NCBI GenBank assembly: GCA_040767965.1
Contig: JAXGNR010000004.1
Location: 352,001 to 416,000 of the forward strand
DNA from: Atribacterota bacterium
GTDB taxonomy: Bacteria; Atribacterota; Phoenicimicrobiia; Phoenicimicrobiales; Stramentimicrobiaceae
Direction of reading: 5' to 3'
Length of the DNA: 64,000 bases
The number at the start of each line of letters is the position of its first letter. The first letter of the stretch is position 1. The notes below the pieces were generated by a model, which was not told the DNA's origin, searched no databases, and saw nothing but the letters and a program-made list of their open reading frames with translations. This document shows positions 9,980-19,950 of the stretch, in pieces. Position numbers and translations under genes: made by a program.

Positions 9980-11182
9980 ATGACTAAAAAATTATACCAT
10001 CTGGACTCTTATCAAACTGAATTTAAAGCAGTTATTTTAGAAAAAAAATTAGAAAATAATAGGACTTATTTAATATTAGATCATACATATTTTTACCCCG
10101 AGGCAGGTGGACAATTATGTGACAAAGGTTTTATTGAAGGAATACCAGTCATTGATGTACAAGAGAGGAACGGGGAGATCTTGCATTTTTTAAAAGAGGA
10201 AATTGATAGCAATCCTGGTAGTACAGTAAAAGGAGAAATAGACTGGGAAATACGTTTTGATCATATGCAGCAGCATACCGGACAGCACCTTCTTTCAGCT
10301 GTCTTGCTGGATTTGTGGAATCTGGATACGCTTTCGTTTCATATGAGCGAAGATGTGTGCACAATAGATATTAATGATACTGAGATTGATGAAGCAAAAT
10401 TAAAATGCCTGGAAAAAAAAGTGAACAGCATTATTTATGCCAATAAGCCTATTTTAAATTATTATCTTGAAGACCAAAAAGAAAACTCAGGCAGTATTAA
10501 TATTAGAAAAATAGCTTCTCTACAGGAAAAAATGCGTATAATTGAAATTGAAAATGTTGATAAAAATGCCTGTGGAGGAACTCATTGCAAGGCAACTGGT
10601 GAAATAGGTGTAATAAAAATAATCAACTGGGAACACCGAAAAGAGAAACTAAGATTATATTTTTTGTGTGGCAAGAGAGCCTTACTGGATTATCAGCAAA
10701 AACACCAGATTACTAAACAATTAGCCAATTTCTTTACCACTGGTATTGATCAATTAATAAAGAAAATATTACAGATTAGCCAGGAACAAAAAAATCTAAG
10801 TAAGCAGTGCCGGGCACAAGAAAAAAAATTATTTTATTTAGAAGCAGAGAATCTGATAGATAAATACTGTGAAAAAATGGATGACTATTTTTTGATAAGC
10901 AATATATATTCAGAGATGTCTTTGGATAATATACGGCGAATAGTTTCAATATTGCTGAATAAATCAAATAACAAATACCTGATATCCATTGGGGCAAAAC
11001 AACCAGAACCTATTATTTGTTTAGCTTGTTTTCAAGGCTATCAAATAAATATGGGTGAGTTAGTTAAAAATATCTTATTAACTATTGACGGAAAAGGTGG
11101 AGGTTCTGATTATTTAGGAATTGCAAAACTTAAAAGAGTTAGCGATATTCCCTTGTTTATACAGAAAGCCTCAGGGAATTAG
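9980..11182 (+). CDS. Alanyl-tRNA editing protein (AlaX-like, with C-terminal DHHA1-like domain)
   Basis: FYPEAGGQLCDKG, HMQQHTGQHLLSA, ACGGTHC, GKGGG. Confidence 0.9.
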   Translation: MTKKLYHLDSYQTEFKAVILEKKLENNRTYLILDHTYFYPEAGGQLCDKGFIEGIPVIDVQERNGEILHFLKEEIDSNPGSTVKGEIDWEIRFDHMQQHTGQHLLSAVLLDLWNLDTLSFHMSEDVCTIDINDTEIDEAKLKCLEKKVNSIIYANKPILNYYLEDQKENSGSINIRKIASLQEKMRIIEIENVDKNACGGTHCKATGEIGVIKIINWEHRKEKLRLYFLCGKRALLDYQQKHQITKQLANFFTTGIDQLIKKILQISQEQKNLSKQCRAQEKKLFYLEAENLIDKYCEKMDDYFLISNIYSEMSLDNIRRIVSILLNKSNNKYLISIGAKQPEPIICLACFQGYQINMGELVKNILLTIDGKGGGSDYLGIAKLKRVSDIPLFIQKASGN

Positions 11183-11249
11183 TTAAAGTTAAGCAATAAC
11201 AAAATATTTCAATATCTAAAGATATATTAAAAAATATGAGAGAATAATA

Positions 11250-12392
11250 ATGTTTTCACCAAAGTACATTAAATATAAAATAGTAATTTTCCTTGCCTTA
11301 GCATTATTGATGCCATTTATTTCGATTAATGTTTACTGTTCGGACCGTGATTTTGAAAAAGAAGAAAAAATTGGACAGAAAATGGCAAACAGAATTGAAA
11401 AACGGTATGAGATAGTAGAAGATAAAGAAAATTTAGCCAGAATAAAAGAGATAGGATCTAACCTTATAAAAATATCAGATTTAAAAGAGATAAATTACCA
11501 GATTAAAATAATTGATAGAGAAGGACCGAATGCCTTTGCTTTCCCTGGTGGTTTTATTTATTTAACTGCTGATTTATTTGATCATATCCATTCAGATGAT
11601 GAATTAGCAGCAATTATAGCTCATGAGATGGGGCATATTATTCACCAGCATTCGATAAAACAGATGCAGGATAATCGAAAATTAAAATTAGTTGAATTAT
11701 TTGCTATTTTATTAACAGGTGATCCCGCAATCGGCTTGTTAAGTGAATTGACCACCATAACCATATTGAATTCATATAGTAGAGAATATGAAGAAGAAGC
11801 TGATTTTACCGCATTAGAGCTGTTAAATAAAAGTTCAAAATATAGTCCGGTAGGGCTATTGACCTATTTTGAGAGAATAAGCAGCGAACGATTTTTAAAA
11901 CCTACTGTTAATATGGGAATTTTTCAAACCCATCCAGAAATGAAAGAACGCATTAGAAGAGTTCAACAATTCTTGGATGAGAACAACATTCATATTGATA
12001 GAAGAAAAACCACAAATTATCTTACTGTTTCCGGGGTGGTGGATATTTTTAAAGATATTTCTATAGCGAGGATATTGATTGATGAAGAGGAAATTTTACA
12101 ATTTTCCGGTAAAGAAAGCACCGCCTATCAAAAAATAGATCAGATTTTGAAAAGATTAGACGAATCTTTAAAAATAAGTTTAGAACCTTATCAGATAACA
12201 CTATACACTGATACCAAGAGCAATACCTGTACTATGCGTATAGGTAATAATGTTATTATTTCTTTAGCAGATGAAGAGGTAGAATACCAGGGATTTACTT
12301 CGACAGAAGCGTTGGAAAAAACAAAAAAGAATATCTCTAATATCTTATGGAAGTTAAAATTAAAATTACCTGCTTTATTGCTAAATAGTTAA
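11250..12392 (+). CDS. M48 family zinc metalloprotease, exported
   Basis: N-terminal hydrophobic segment; PNAFAFPGG, AHEMGH, YSREYEEEAD, THP. Confidence 0.9.
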   Translation: MFSPKYIKYKIVIFLALALLMPFISINVYCSDRDFEKEEKIGQKMANRIEKRYEIVEDKENLARIKEIGSNLIKISDLKEINYQIKIIDREGPNAFAFPGGFIYLTADLFDHIHSDDELAAIIAHEMGHIIHQHSIKQMQDNRKLKLVELFAILLTGDPAIGLLSELTTITILNSYSREYEEEADFTALELLNKSSKYSPVGLLTYFERISSERFLKPTVNMGIFQTHPEMKERIRRVQQFLDENNIHIDRRKTTNYLTVSGVVDIFKDISIARILIDEEEILQFSGKESTAYQKIDQILKRLDESLKISLEPYQITLYTDTKSNTCTMRIGNNVIISLADEEVEYQGFTSTEALEKTKKNISNILWKLKLKLPALLLNS

Positions 12393-12412
12393 AAAAGTAA
12401 AAGGGATTAAAA

Positions 12413-12464
12413 AAAGAACAAAACCCGGGAGTCATTTTAAAATGACTCCCGGGTTTTGTTCTTT
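12413..12464. terminator. Perfect 52-bp palindrome between convergent genes (bidirectional terminator)
   Basis: AAAGAACAAAACCCGGGAGTCATTTT|AAAATGACTCCCGGGTTTTGTTCTTT; 26-bp arms with no spacer. Confidence 0.75.
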
Positions 12465-12501
12465 AAATATGTGCTAGTAAAAATTAACAATCATTATAAG
12501 T

Positions 12502-13845
12502 TTAGCCAAGTAAACCTACGCTATTTAAAAAGACCACAAATACAGCAATTGGAACTACATATTTAATCAAGAAAGAATAACTGGAGCCAATTTTAGTTTT
12601 AGCACCATTATTAGCTTCTTCTACAGCCTTATCAGTTCCCCAGAACCATCCTATAAACACTGCTATCAGTAATCCGCCTAAAGGAAGTAAAATATTGTTG
12701 GCAAAGAAGTCAAAAGAGTCCAGGATGTCAAACCCTTTAATTAGTTTTACATGTGAAAGGGTACTATATCCCAGAGATGGGAAGATTCCAAGTATCCAGA
12801 TTGCTATTCCCATTCCAATTGTCGCTTTTTTACGATTCCATTTAATTTCGTCAATAAAGTAGGCGGCAACAACTTCCAGGAGAGAAATTGCAGATGTTAA
12901 GGCTGCTACAGTTAACAGGATAAAGAATATAGTACCAAAAATGTGACCAGCGGCTCCCATTTGGGAAAAAACTGCCGGTAATGTTATAAATGTAAGGCCA
13001 GGTCCTGTGGCAGGTTCCAATCCAAAAGCAAACACTGCAGGGAAAATTACAAATCCTGCTAAAAGGGCAATAATGGTATCAAAAGTAACTACATATTTAG
13101 CATTTAATGGTATATCTTCGTCTTTTTTCAAATAACTGCCGTAAGTTATCATACAACCCATTCCCAGGCTTAAAGTAAAGAATACCTGTCCCAGAGCTGC
13201 TAAGAAACCTTCGGCATTAAATGCGCTGAAATCCGGTCTCAGATAGAAGGACAAACCTTCTCCAGCGCCAGGTAAAGTCACAGAACGAATTATCAGTACT
13301 ATAAGCAACAAAAACAATACAGGCATTAAAATTTTTGACCATTTTTCAATCCCATTTTCAATTCCGCCATAGACAATACCAATGCAGATAGCCATAAAAA
13401 GAGTGTGCCAGAAAATACCACCAAAGGTAGAGGCAATTGAACCAACAAAGATATTAGCGGCATCAGAACCGGCGGCCATATAAGCACCAGACTTAAAGAT
13501 ATAAGAAAGAGACCATCCCGCCACTACTGAATAGTAGGAAAGGATGATGAATCCAGCAAGGACACCCATAAATCCAACGATTATCCATGGACTACCTGGC
13601 GAAAGGGCACTATAAGCACCAACAGGATTCTTTTCAGTTTTACGTCCTAATAACAACTCAGAGGTCATAACCGGATAACCAATAAAAATTAACAACAGGA
13701 TATAAATTAATACAAATGCTCCTCCACCATATCTACCAGTGATATAGGGGAAACGCCAAATATTTCCCAGCCCGATAGCTGAACCGGCAGCTGCAGCAAT
13801 AAATCCTGCACGTGACTGCCAATGTCCTCTTCCATTTTCACTCAT
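12502..13845 (-). CDS. Sodium-dependent transporter, NSS (neurotransmitter:sodium symporter) family
   Basis: GSAIGLGNIWRFPY, GGGAF, GQVFFTLSLGMG, AALTSAISLLE. Confidence 0.95.
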   Translation of the reverse strand: MSENGRGHWQSRAGFIAAAAGSAIGLGNIWRFPYITGRYGGGAFVLIYILLLIFIGYPVMTSELLLGRKTEKNPVGAYSALSPGSPWIIVGFMGVLAGFIILSYYSVVAGWSLSYIFKSGAYMAAGSDAANIFVGSIASTFGGIFWHTLFMAICIGIVYGGIENGIEKWSKILMPVLFLLLIVLIIRSVTLPGAGEGLSFYLRPDFSAFNAEGFLAALGQVFFTLSLGMGCMITYGSYLKKDEDIPLNAKYVVTFDTIIALLAGFVIFPAVFAFGLEPATGPGLTFITLPAVFSQMGAAGHIFGTIFFILLTVAALTSAISLLEVVAAYFIDEIKWNRKKATIGMGIAIWILGIFPSLGYSTLSHVKLIKGFDILDSFDFFANNILLPLGGLLIAVFIGWFWGTDKAVEEANNGAKTKIGSSYSFLIKYVVPIAVFVVFLNSVGLLG

Positions 13846-14258
13846 TTTTTCATCTCCTTATTAATATTAATAATAAAATATAAGAATGCAATTTTAGTAA
13901 AGTAAATAATGTAACACAAGTAATAGAAATATTTTAAAAATTCTTTTTATTATCTAAATTAACACCTCCTTATTGCTATTATTTAATTAATATACTATAT
14001 AATATTCATATTCTCGTTTTCCCAATTAGCAAATTAATAAATAAGTATATTAAGTATATTTTGATATGTTAAGTCAAAAAAGTAATAAATGCAAGAGGAT
14101 ATACAAAAAATTATAAAGAACATAATAAACAAGCAAAGCTAGATAGTATTATAAAATTACTTTTCATTCCCTTAAATTATTTGTATTTTTTATCGAAAAG
14201 GCCAGTAAAAACTGCTTTTCGGATTATTAGAAGGTCATATTTATATAATTAATTTCAA

Positions 14259-14287
14259 AGTTTAGCACCTTTTATTGTTAATGTCAA
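14259..14287 (-). promoter_or_regulatory. Candidate sigma70 promoter for NSS transporter
   Basis: Minus strand TTGACA-17 nt-TAAACT, about 410 nt upstream of the start codon. Confidence 0.5.
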
Positions 14288-14541
14288 AAAGAACTAAAGA
14301 CATTTTTATACTGCGATAAAATAAAAGTAAGCCAAGAAAATTGACATGATCAAAAAATTGTTTTAACAAACAGAAAAACACAATTCAAGAATCAGCTGTA
14401 ACAGAGTTTAATTATTGTTGAATTGCTATTCCTCTCTTGGTATATTATTAAACCAACTTTAGTTATAATTGAAAAGAAAAGAAAAAACTAGAAAATTTTA
14501 ACTCATTTTTTTTATTAAAAAATAAATAATAGGAGAATATT

Positions 14542-14862
14542 GTGTTAAAAGATCATTTTCAAGATAATAATTCTGAACATAATGATAATGATCTAGTAGG
14601 AGCCCTGGTGACAGTGAAAGGTAGGGTTCAGGGGGTTGCTTTTCGATATTATGCCCAAAACCAGGCAAGAAGGTTAGGCATAAAGGGATGGGTAACTAAT
14701 CTGATAAATGGAGATGTAGAATTACTGCTGGAAGGCAAAAAAAAATCAGTCTTGCAGATGATTCAATGGTGCAAAGAGGGACCCCGACTGGCAATTGTAG
14801 AAGATGTACAGATTGACTGGCAATTTTATTCTGGCAAATATTTTGATTTTAAAATAAGATAA
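14542..14862 (+). CDS. acyP: Acylphosphatase
   Basis: VKGRVQGVAFR, GIKGWVTN, GDVE, GPRLA. Confidence 0.92.
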   Translation: MLKDHFQDNNSEHNDNDLVGALVTVKGRVQGVAFRYYAQNQARRLGIKGWVTNLINGDVELLLEGKKKSVLQMIQWCKEGPRLAIVEDVQIDWQFYSGKYFDFKIR

Positions 14863-14912
14863 AATTAAGAATATATCGAGAAAATAAAAAAATAACTATA
14901 AAAGGAAGAAAA

Positions 14913-15629
14913 ATGTTAGCATATCAAGAAGTTTCATATTTTGCAGCATTTCTAGCAGGATTGCTGTCTTTCTTGTCTCCTTGCATATTGCCTCTAGTGC
15001 CTGGATACATATCTTTTATTTCTGGAATCTCCCTGGAGGATTTAAACAAGAACGATAATAGAGACAAACAAACACTTTATCGTGTTTTATTAGGAGCATT
15101 ATTTTTTATACTAGGGTTTTCAGTGGTATTTATTTTATTAGGAGCATCAGCTACTTTTTTAGGGCAATTTTTACAGCAATATTCTGATTGGTTTAAAAGG
15201 GCAGGTGGAATAATTATAATTGTTTTTGGGCTGCATATGATGGGCATTATTAACATCCCCTTTTTGAATATGCAAAGAAAGTTTCAAACCAATTCCGAGT
15301 TCTCTTTTAATTTATTCTTCACTCCCTTTGTTATTGGCTTTGCTTTTGCTTTTGGCTGGACTCCCTGTATTGGCCCTATTTTGGCTACCATTCTGCTGTA
15401 TGCTGGAACTCAGGATACTGTTTTAAAAGGAATGAGCCTGTTGGCAGTTTACTCGCTGGGGCTGGCAGTTCCTTTTTTATTCACTGCGTTGGCAGTAAAT
15501 AAATTTTATCAGATAAGTGTTCAAATAAAGAAGTACTTCAGAATAATAGAATTGATTGGCGGAATAATGCTTATCTTAATTGGGATTTTTATTTTTAGTG
15601 ATAGTATAGTTAGTTTGCCTTTTCTGTAA
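14913..15629 (+). CDS. ccdA: Cytochrome c biogenesis/thiol-reduction membrane protein CcdA
   Basis: SFLSPCILPLVP and FGWTPCIGP motifs; about 6 TM segments. Confidence 0.92.
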   Translation: MLAYQEVSYFAAFLAGLLSFLSPCILPLVPGYISFISGISLEDLNKNDNRDKQTLYRVLLGALFFILGFSVVFILLGASATFLGQFLQQYSDWFKRAGGIIIIVFGLHMMGIINIPFLNMQRKFQTNSEFSFNLFFTPFVIGFAFAFGWTPCIGPILATILLYAGTQDTVLKGMSLLAVYSLGLAVPFLFTALAVNKFYQISVQIKKYFRIIELIGGIMLILIGIFIFSDSIVSLPFL

Positions 15630-15711
15630 GGCCATAGATTTGACACCGGAAAGTTATATTGTATAATATAATACAACGTAACAAGTATCATTTAAAAAGG
15701 CAGGAAATAAA

Positions 15712-16254
15712 ATGAAAATCATAAAAGAAAAACTAAAAGATAATTTTTTATTATTTTTTTTTCTAATAACAATACTTTTTATTATTTTTACAATAAACAC
15801 AGCAGGACAGTCAGATAGAGGAGTTGAAACTTTCAGCTGGTTACCATATGATCAAGCTTTGGCTAAGTCAAAAATAGAAAATATCCCTACTTTGATTTAT
15901 TTTTATGCTGAAAATTGTAGCTGGTGCAGGAAACTGGAAAATGAAACTTTTACCAATGAACAAGTGTATCAGATAATGAAAAATGATTTTTCCCTGGCAA
16001 GAGTTAATAGCAGTTCTGATAGCCTCTTAAAAAATAATGGAAGAAGTATGACTGAAAGACAATTATCAGAACAAATTTATCAGGTTAGAGGAAATCCGAC
16101 TGTCTGGTTTTTAGATAGCAAAGAAGAAAGAATTGCCCCTTTACCAGGATTTGCTCCAGCAGAAGATTTTATTCATATTTTAACTTATATAAAAGAAAAT
16201 CATTATGAAAAATACACTTTTCCAGAATACATGGAAAATATAACAAATAAATAA
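15712..16254 (+). CDS. Exported thioredoxin-fold protein (SoxW/DUF255-like)
   Basis: Signal anchor, FYAENCSWC (CxxC), VRGNPT cis-Pro; follows ccdA. Confidence 0.85.
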   Translation: MKIIKEKLKDNFLLFFFLITILFIIFTINTAGQSDRGVETFSWLPYDQALAKSKIENIPTLIYFYAENCSWCRKLENETFTNEQVYQIMKNDFSLARVNSSSDSLLKNNGRSMTERQLSEQIYQVRGNPTVWFLDSKEERIAPLPGFAPAEDFIHILTYIKENHYEKYTFPEYMENITNK

Positions 16255-16326
16255 TTAGTTAATAAATATAAATATGTAAATTATTGACAGCAATATTTTT
16301 AGATTTTTTAAATATATTGTAAAATT

Positions 16327-16366
16327 AAAAAAGAGATAGTTGCAGATTGTAAACTATCTCTTTTTT
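16327..16366 (+). terminator. Intrinsic terminator
   Basis: AAAAAAGAGATAGTT...AACTATCTCTTTTTT. Confidence 0.75.
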
Positions 16367-16442
16367 AATAATCGTAAATTATTAATTTCTATAAATTTAG
16401 TTTTCTTTAATTGAAAAAAACTAAAAAAAGAAAATTAGGTAG

Positions 16443-17414
16443 GTGGTATTATTGTCCTCAATTGAAATAGAGATAGGGCACATAATAAAAGGAATTAGAG
16501 AAATTTTACAAAATCAGAGAGCGGTAATAGCTTTTTCTGGAGGAATGGATAGCACCGTAGTATTACATCTGGCTAAAATAGCACTAGGTGCTGATATGTT
16601 GACAGCTGCAAATATAGAATTTGGCATTTTTACTTATCAGCAAGCCAGAAAAAATGTAGAAAGTATCACTCATTCTTTGCAAATCAAACTTACCTCTATT
16701 TCCGGAGAAAAAGAGCAGGCCGCCATTATGAAGCATGGCCCAGACTGTAATCTTTGTACCAGAAAAGTTAAACTGGGCCTGATTAAAAATAATTTTCCTC
16801 AAAATGTTATTTTAACCGGATCTAATCAAAGTGACAGCTGGGGAAGTTATGGGCTTGCATTTCATTCTGGATATTATGCTCCATTATTAAATTATAAAAA
16901 AGATACAATAGAAGATATTGCCCGGTATTTAGGAATAAGCATTAAGAGAATAGGAGAGAATAACTATCGTGAAGGATGTAAGCTAAAACATTTATTGAAA
17001 CCGATGGTAAACAAAGAATATCATGGTCTGGCAGTCAGTAAAGCTAACGAGATATTATTGTCTAGAATTAAAGAGGATGGATTTTCTACCAGAATTGCCA
17101 ATGTAAAAGTTATGGGTCCTTTAAGTAAAAATATTGCCCTGGTGAATATAGACCCAATGCCATCTAAAAAATGGTTAGCCGGGATTAAAAATGAAATAGA
17201 AAAATTAGCAGAGATTGAAGAATGTCAGGTGGTTGATAAACCTTTGGAAATATTAATCAAGGCTAACAAAGGACAATTTAATAATATGCGTTCAAGATAT
17301 TGGATTGAAAAAGGAAGGCTGCAGCCGGAATTTACTTTCCCTTTACAATGCAAATGGCTTCTGACTACTAATCACAGGTTGAAAACATTTCAAGTAGTTG
17401 ATTATAATATATAA
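16443..17414 (+). CDS. PP-loop ATPase (ExsB/QueC/LarE-like), function unknown
   Basis: AFSGGMDS PP-loop, CNLC, EGCKLKHLLK. Confidence 0.75.
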   Translation: MVLLSSIEIEIGHIIKGIREILQNQRAVIAFSGGMDSTVVLHLAKIALGADMLTAANIEFGIFTYQQARKNVESITHSLQIKLTSISGEKEQAAIMKHGPDCNLCTRKVKLGLIKNNFPQNVILTGSNQSDSWGSYGLAFHSGYYAPLLNYKKDTIEDIARYLGISIKRIGENNYREGCKLKHLLKPMVNKEYHGLAVSKANEILLSRIKEDGFSTRIANVKVMGPLSKNIALVNIDPMPSKKWLAGIKNEIEKLAEIEECQVVDKPLEILIKANKGQFNNMRSRYWIEKGRLQPEFTFPLQCKWLLTTNHRLKTFQVVDYNI

Positions 17415-17480
17415 TAATCACTAAAAACAGATAATATTGAATTAAAATGATGAATAAAAAAATAAAAAAGGAGATTTATT

Positions 17481-18023
17481 ATGAGTAACCAATTAGGCTA
17501 TATTAACCCTGAAGATGTTGTTCGAAATGCAGTAGAATTAATGGCTTTATCAGCCCGAACCGCTCCTAAATCTGCAGGACAGGATTTCGTGGAGGTTAAG
17601 ATAATATATGGTGATAATGTCAAAAAATTAGGAGAAGAAATGATAAAGTATGGGCTGGAAAATAAAAAACGCAATTTTGACCGGGATGGCGAAAATGTAA
17701 AAAATTCTCCGGTAGTACTATTAATCGGCTTGAAAGATGCTGCACCTTTAGGTCTTAATTGTGGAGCATGTGGATATGATACTTGCGAAGAATGTAAAGA
17801 GCATGCCGGACCTGAATTTGACGGCCCCCAATGTGCTTTTAGAGTATTGGATATGGGCATAGCAATTGGATCAGCTGCTAAAATGGCCGGAATTTTAAGT
17901 ATAGACAATCGTATTATGTATAGAGCAGGGGCAGTTGCCAAAAAAATTGGGATAATAGATGCTAGTTTTGTAATGGGTATTCCGTTTTCAGTAACCGGAA
18001 AAAGTATTTATTTTGATAGATAA
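17481..18023 (+). CDS. Ferredoxin-domain protein (DUF2148-like)
   Basis: SARTAPKS, NFDRD, NCGACGYDTC, DMGIAIGSA, DNRIMY, GKSIYFDR. Confidence 0.8.
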   Translation: MSNQLGYINPEDVVRNAVELMALSARTAPKSAGQDFVEVKIIYGDNVKKLGEEMIKYGLENKKRNFDRDGENVKNSPVVLLIGLKDAAPLGLNCGACGYDTCEECKEHAGPEFDGPQCAFRVLDMGIAIGSAAKMAGILSIDNRIMYRAGAVAKKIGIIDASFVMGIPFSVTGKSIYFDR

Positions 18024-18231
18024 ACTATCTTGAGATGGGAAAAAAATTCACATATTATAATATAAGTAGGAAAATATTTCACATTTAGATCAATAATTCA
18101 AGGAGAAATACTTTTAAAAAACCCAAAAAATAATTTGATTAGTTGTTAAGAATCATAATGTTGAAGCAAAATCTAGAGATAATCATAATATTATAAAAAT
18201 ATTAAAAAATTATTTGCAGAATAAATAATTG

Positions 18232-18247
18232 TGGCATAGGAATTGCT
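18232..18247 (+). promoter_or_regulatory. sigma54 (-24/-12) promoter upstream of htrA
   Basis: TGGCATAGGAATTGCT matches TGGCAY-N5-TTGCW; a GAFTGA activator is encoded just downstream. Confidence 0.8.
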
Positions 18248-18417
18248 TATTATTTAAGATAAGAATAAAAAATTATTTTAAAAAAGGAGATGATTCTTAT
18301 GTCAGAGGATTTTTATGATAAATAATATTTTTACAATTTGTTGCTTTTTTATAAAAAACATATCGAATTAAAAAACAGATAAATTTAAATTTCGATTAAA
18401 ACTAAGGAGGAAATATT

Positions 18418-19833
18418 ATGATAATTGATAAAATTAAAAAGAAACATAAACTTTGTATTGTATTATTACTTTTCTTGTTATCTTTTTCAAGCCTAAGTTT
18501 CGCACAACAATCACTAAAATCTCTTAGTGATGATATTGCTCGAATTTCTGAAACAGTTGGACCTGCAGTAGTAAATATTGATGTGGTACGCTATGTTGAT
18601 ACTTCACCTTTTAGCAGTAGATTCAGAGATCCTTTTTTTGATAGGTTTTTTGAACAGTTTGAAGAATTTAGAAGAAGAATTCCTCAAAAAGGTGCAGGAT
18701 CAGGTTTTATTGTAGATACCGAAGGTCATATTTTAACAAATGAACATGTCGTTCATAACGCAGAAGAGATAAAAGTAACTCTATCAGATGGAAGAGAATT
18801 TATTGGTGAAGTTATAGGATCTGATATGACTTCTGATATGGCTATTGTAAAGATTGATGCAAATGATCTCCCGGTTGCAAAACTAGGAGATTCTGATGCC
18901 TTAAGAGTTGGAGAAATAGTTATTGCTATTGGTAATCCTTATGGACTGGAAAAAACAGTTACCATGGGTGTGGTTAGTGCGAAAGATAGAAATATAAATG
19001 CTGGTTCAGAAGGTCAGGAGTACCGTAATCTTATTCAGACAGATACTGCTATTAACCCTGGCAATAGTGGAGGACCACTATTGAACACTGACGGAGAGGT
19101 TATCGGAATTAATACTGCTATTATCCCTTATGCTCAAGGTATTGGTTTTGCAATTCCTGTGAATGTTGCCAAAAGAAATCTGGAAGATCTAATAACTCTT
19201 GGAAAAGTAAGACGATCATGGCTTGGTGTTTATATTCAGGAAGTTACTCCAGAAATTGCTCAGCAGTTTGGCTTAGAAGAAGCTGAAGGCGTTTTGATAG
19301 GAGATGTAATTCCTGATAGCCCTGCTGAAGAATCTGGATTAGAAAGAGGAGATGTGATTGTATCGGTGAATGGAATTGAAGTTAATAATCCTCAAGAGCT
19401 ACAGGATGCTGTTCGTGATATTGAAATAGGACAACAAGCTCAGTTGTTAGTTAAGCGAGATGGCAGAGAATCAACTTTTTTAGTGGAAATTGCGGAAATG
19501 CCTTCTGATGAAAGAATAGAAACAAAAGAAAAAGTATTTTCAGTACAAACAGGATTACGGGTAGAAAAAGTAACTCCTGAAATAGCTCAGGAAGCCAATT
19601 TGCCCTGGGTTAAGGGATTGGTCATAACAGATGTTGTTCCTGGCAGTTCTGCTGATGAGAGAGGATTAAGAAGCGGAGACATAATATTGGAAGCAAACAG
19701 AAGAGAAGTTTCTAACCTGGAAGATTGGGAGGAAATAATTAGCGGTTTGAAAGCCGGAGATACCTTCCTTTTGCTTGTTTACAGGGATAGTCATACATAT
19801 TATGTGCCTGTAAAAATAGAAGAGCTAGAGTAA
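18418..19833 (+). CDS. htrA: HtrA/DegP/DegQ serine protease with two PDZ domains
   Basis: Signal peptide, GSGFIV, TNEHVV, AIGNPYGL, INPGNSGGPL, two PDZ repeats. Confidence 0.95.
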   Translation: MIIDKIKKKHKLCIVLLLFLLSFSSLSFAQQSLKSLSDDIARISETVGPAVVNIDVVRYVDTSPFSSRFRDPFFDRFFEQFEEFRRRIPQKGAGSGFIVDTEGHILTNEHVVHNAEEIKVTLSDGREFIGEVIGSDMTSDMAIVKIDANDLPVAKLGDSDALRVGEIVIAIGNPYGLEKTVTMGVVSAKDRNINAGSEGQEYRNLIQTDTAINPGNSGGPLLNTDGEVIGINTAIIPYAQGIGFAIPVNVAKRNLEDLITLGKVRRSWLGVYIQEVTPEIAQQFGLEEAEGVLIGDVIPDSPAEESGLERGDVIVSVNGIEVNNPQELQDAVRDIEIGQQAQLLVKRDGRESTFLVEIAEMPSDERIETKEKVFSVQTGLRVEKVTPEIAQEANLPWVKGLVITDVVPGSSADERGLRSGDIILEANRREVSNLEDWEEIISGLKAGDTFLLLVYRDSHTYYVPVKIEELE

Positions 19834-19848
19834 AAGTAATTTTTTCCT

Positions 19849-19883
19849 AAAAAAGAGAACTGGTTTTGCCGGTTCTCTTTTTT
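19849..19883 (+). terminator. Intrinsic terminator after htrA
   Basis: AAAAAAGAGAACTGG-TTTTG-CCGGTTCTCTTTTTT. Confidence 0.8.
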
Positions 19884-19950
19884 ATTAATTTTTGATTATT
19901 AAAATTATTTAAATTTCTGAGTAATGAGAAAATATAATTAGATCAGTGTT

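Noticed and set aside
11150-11200. Possible frameshift at the AlaX C-terminus
   Set aside because: An alternative frame would extend it by only a few residues; it cannot be distinguished from a natural end.
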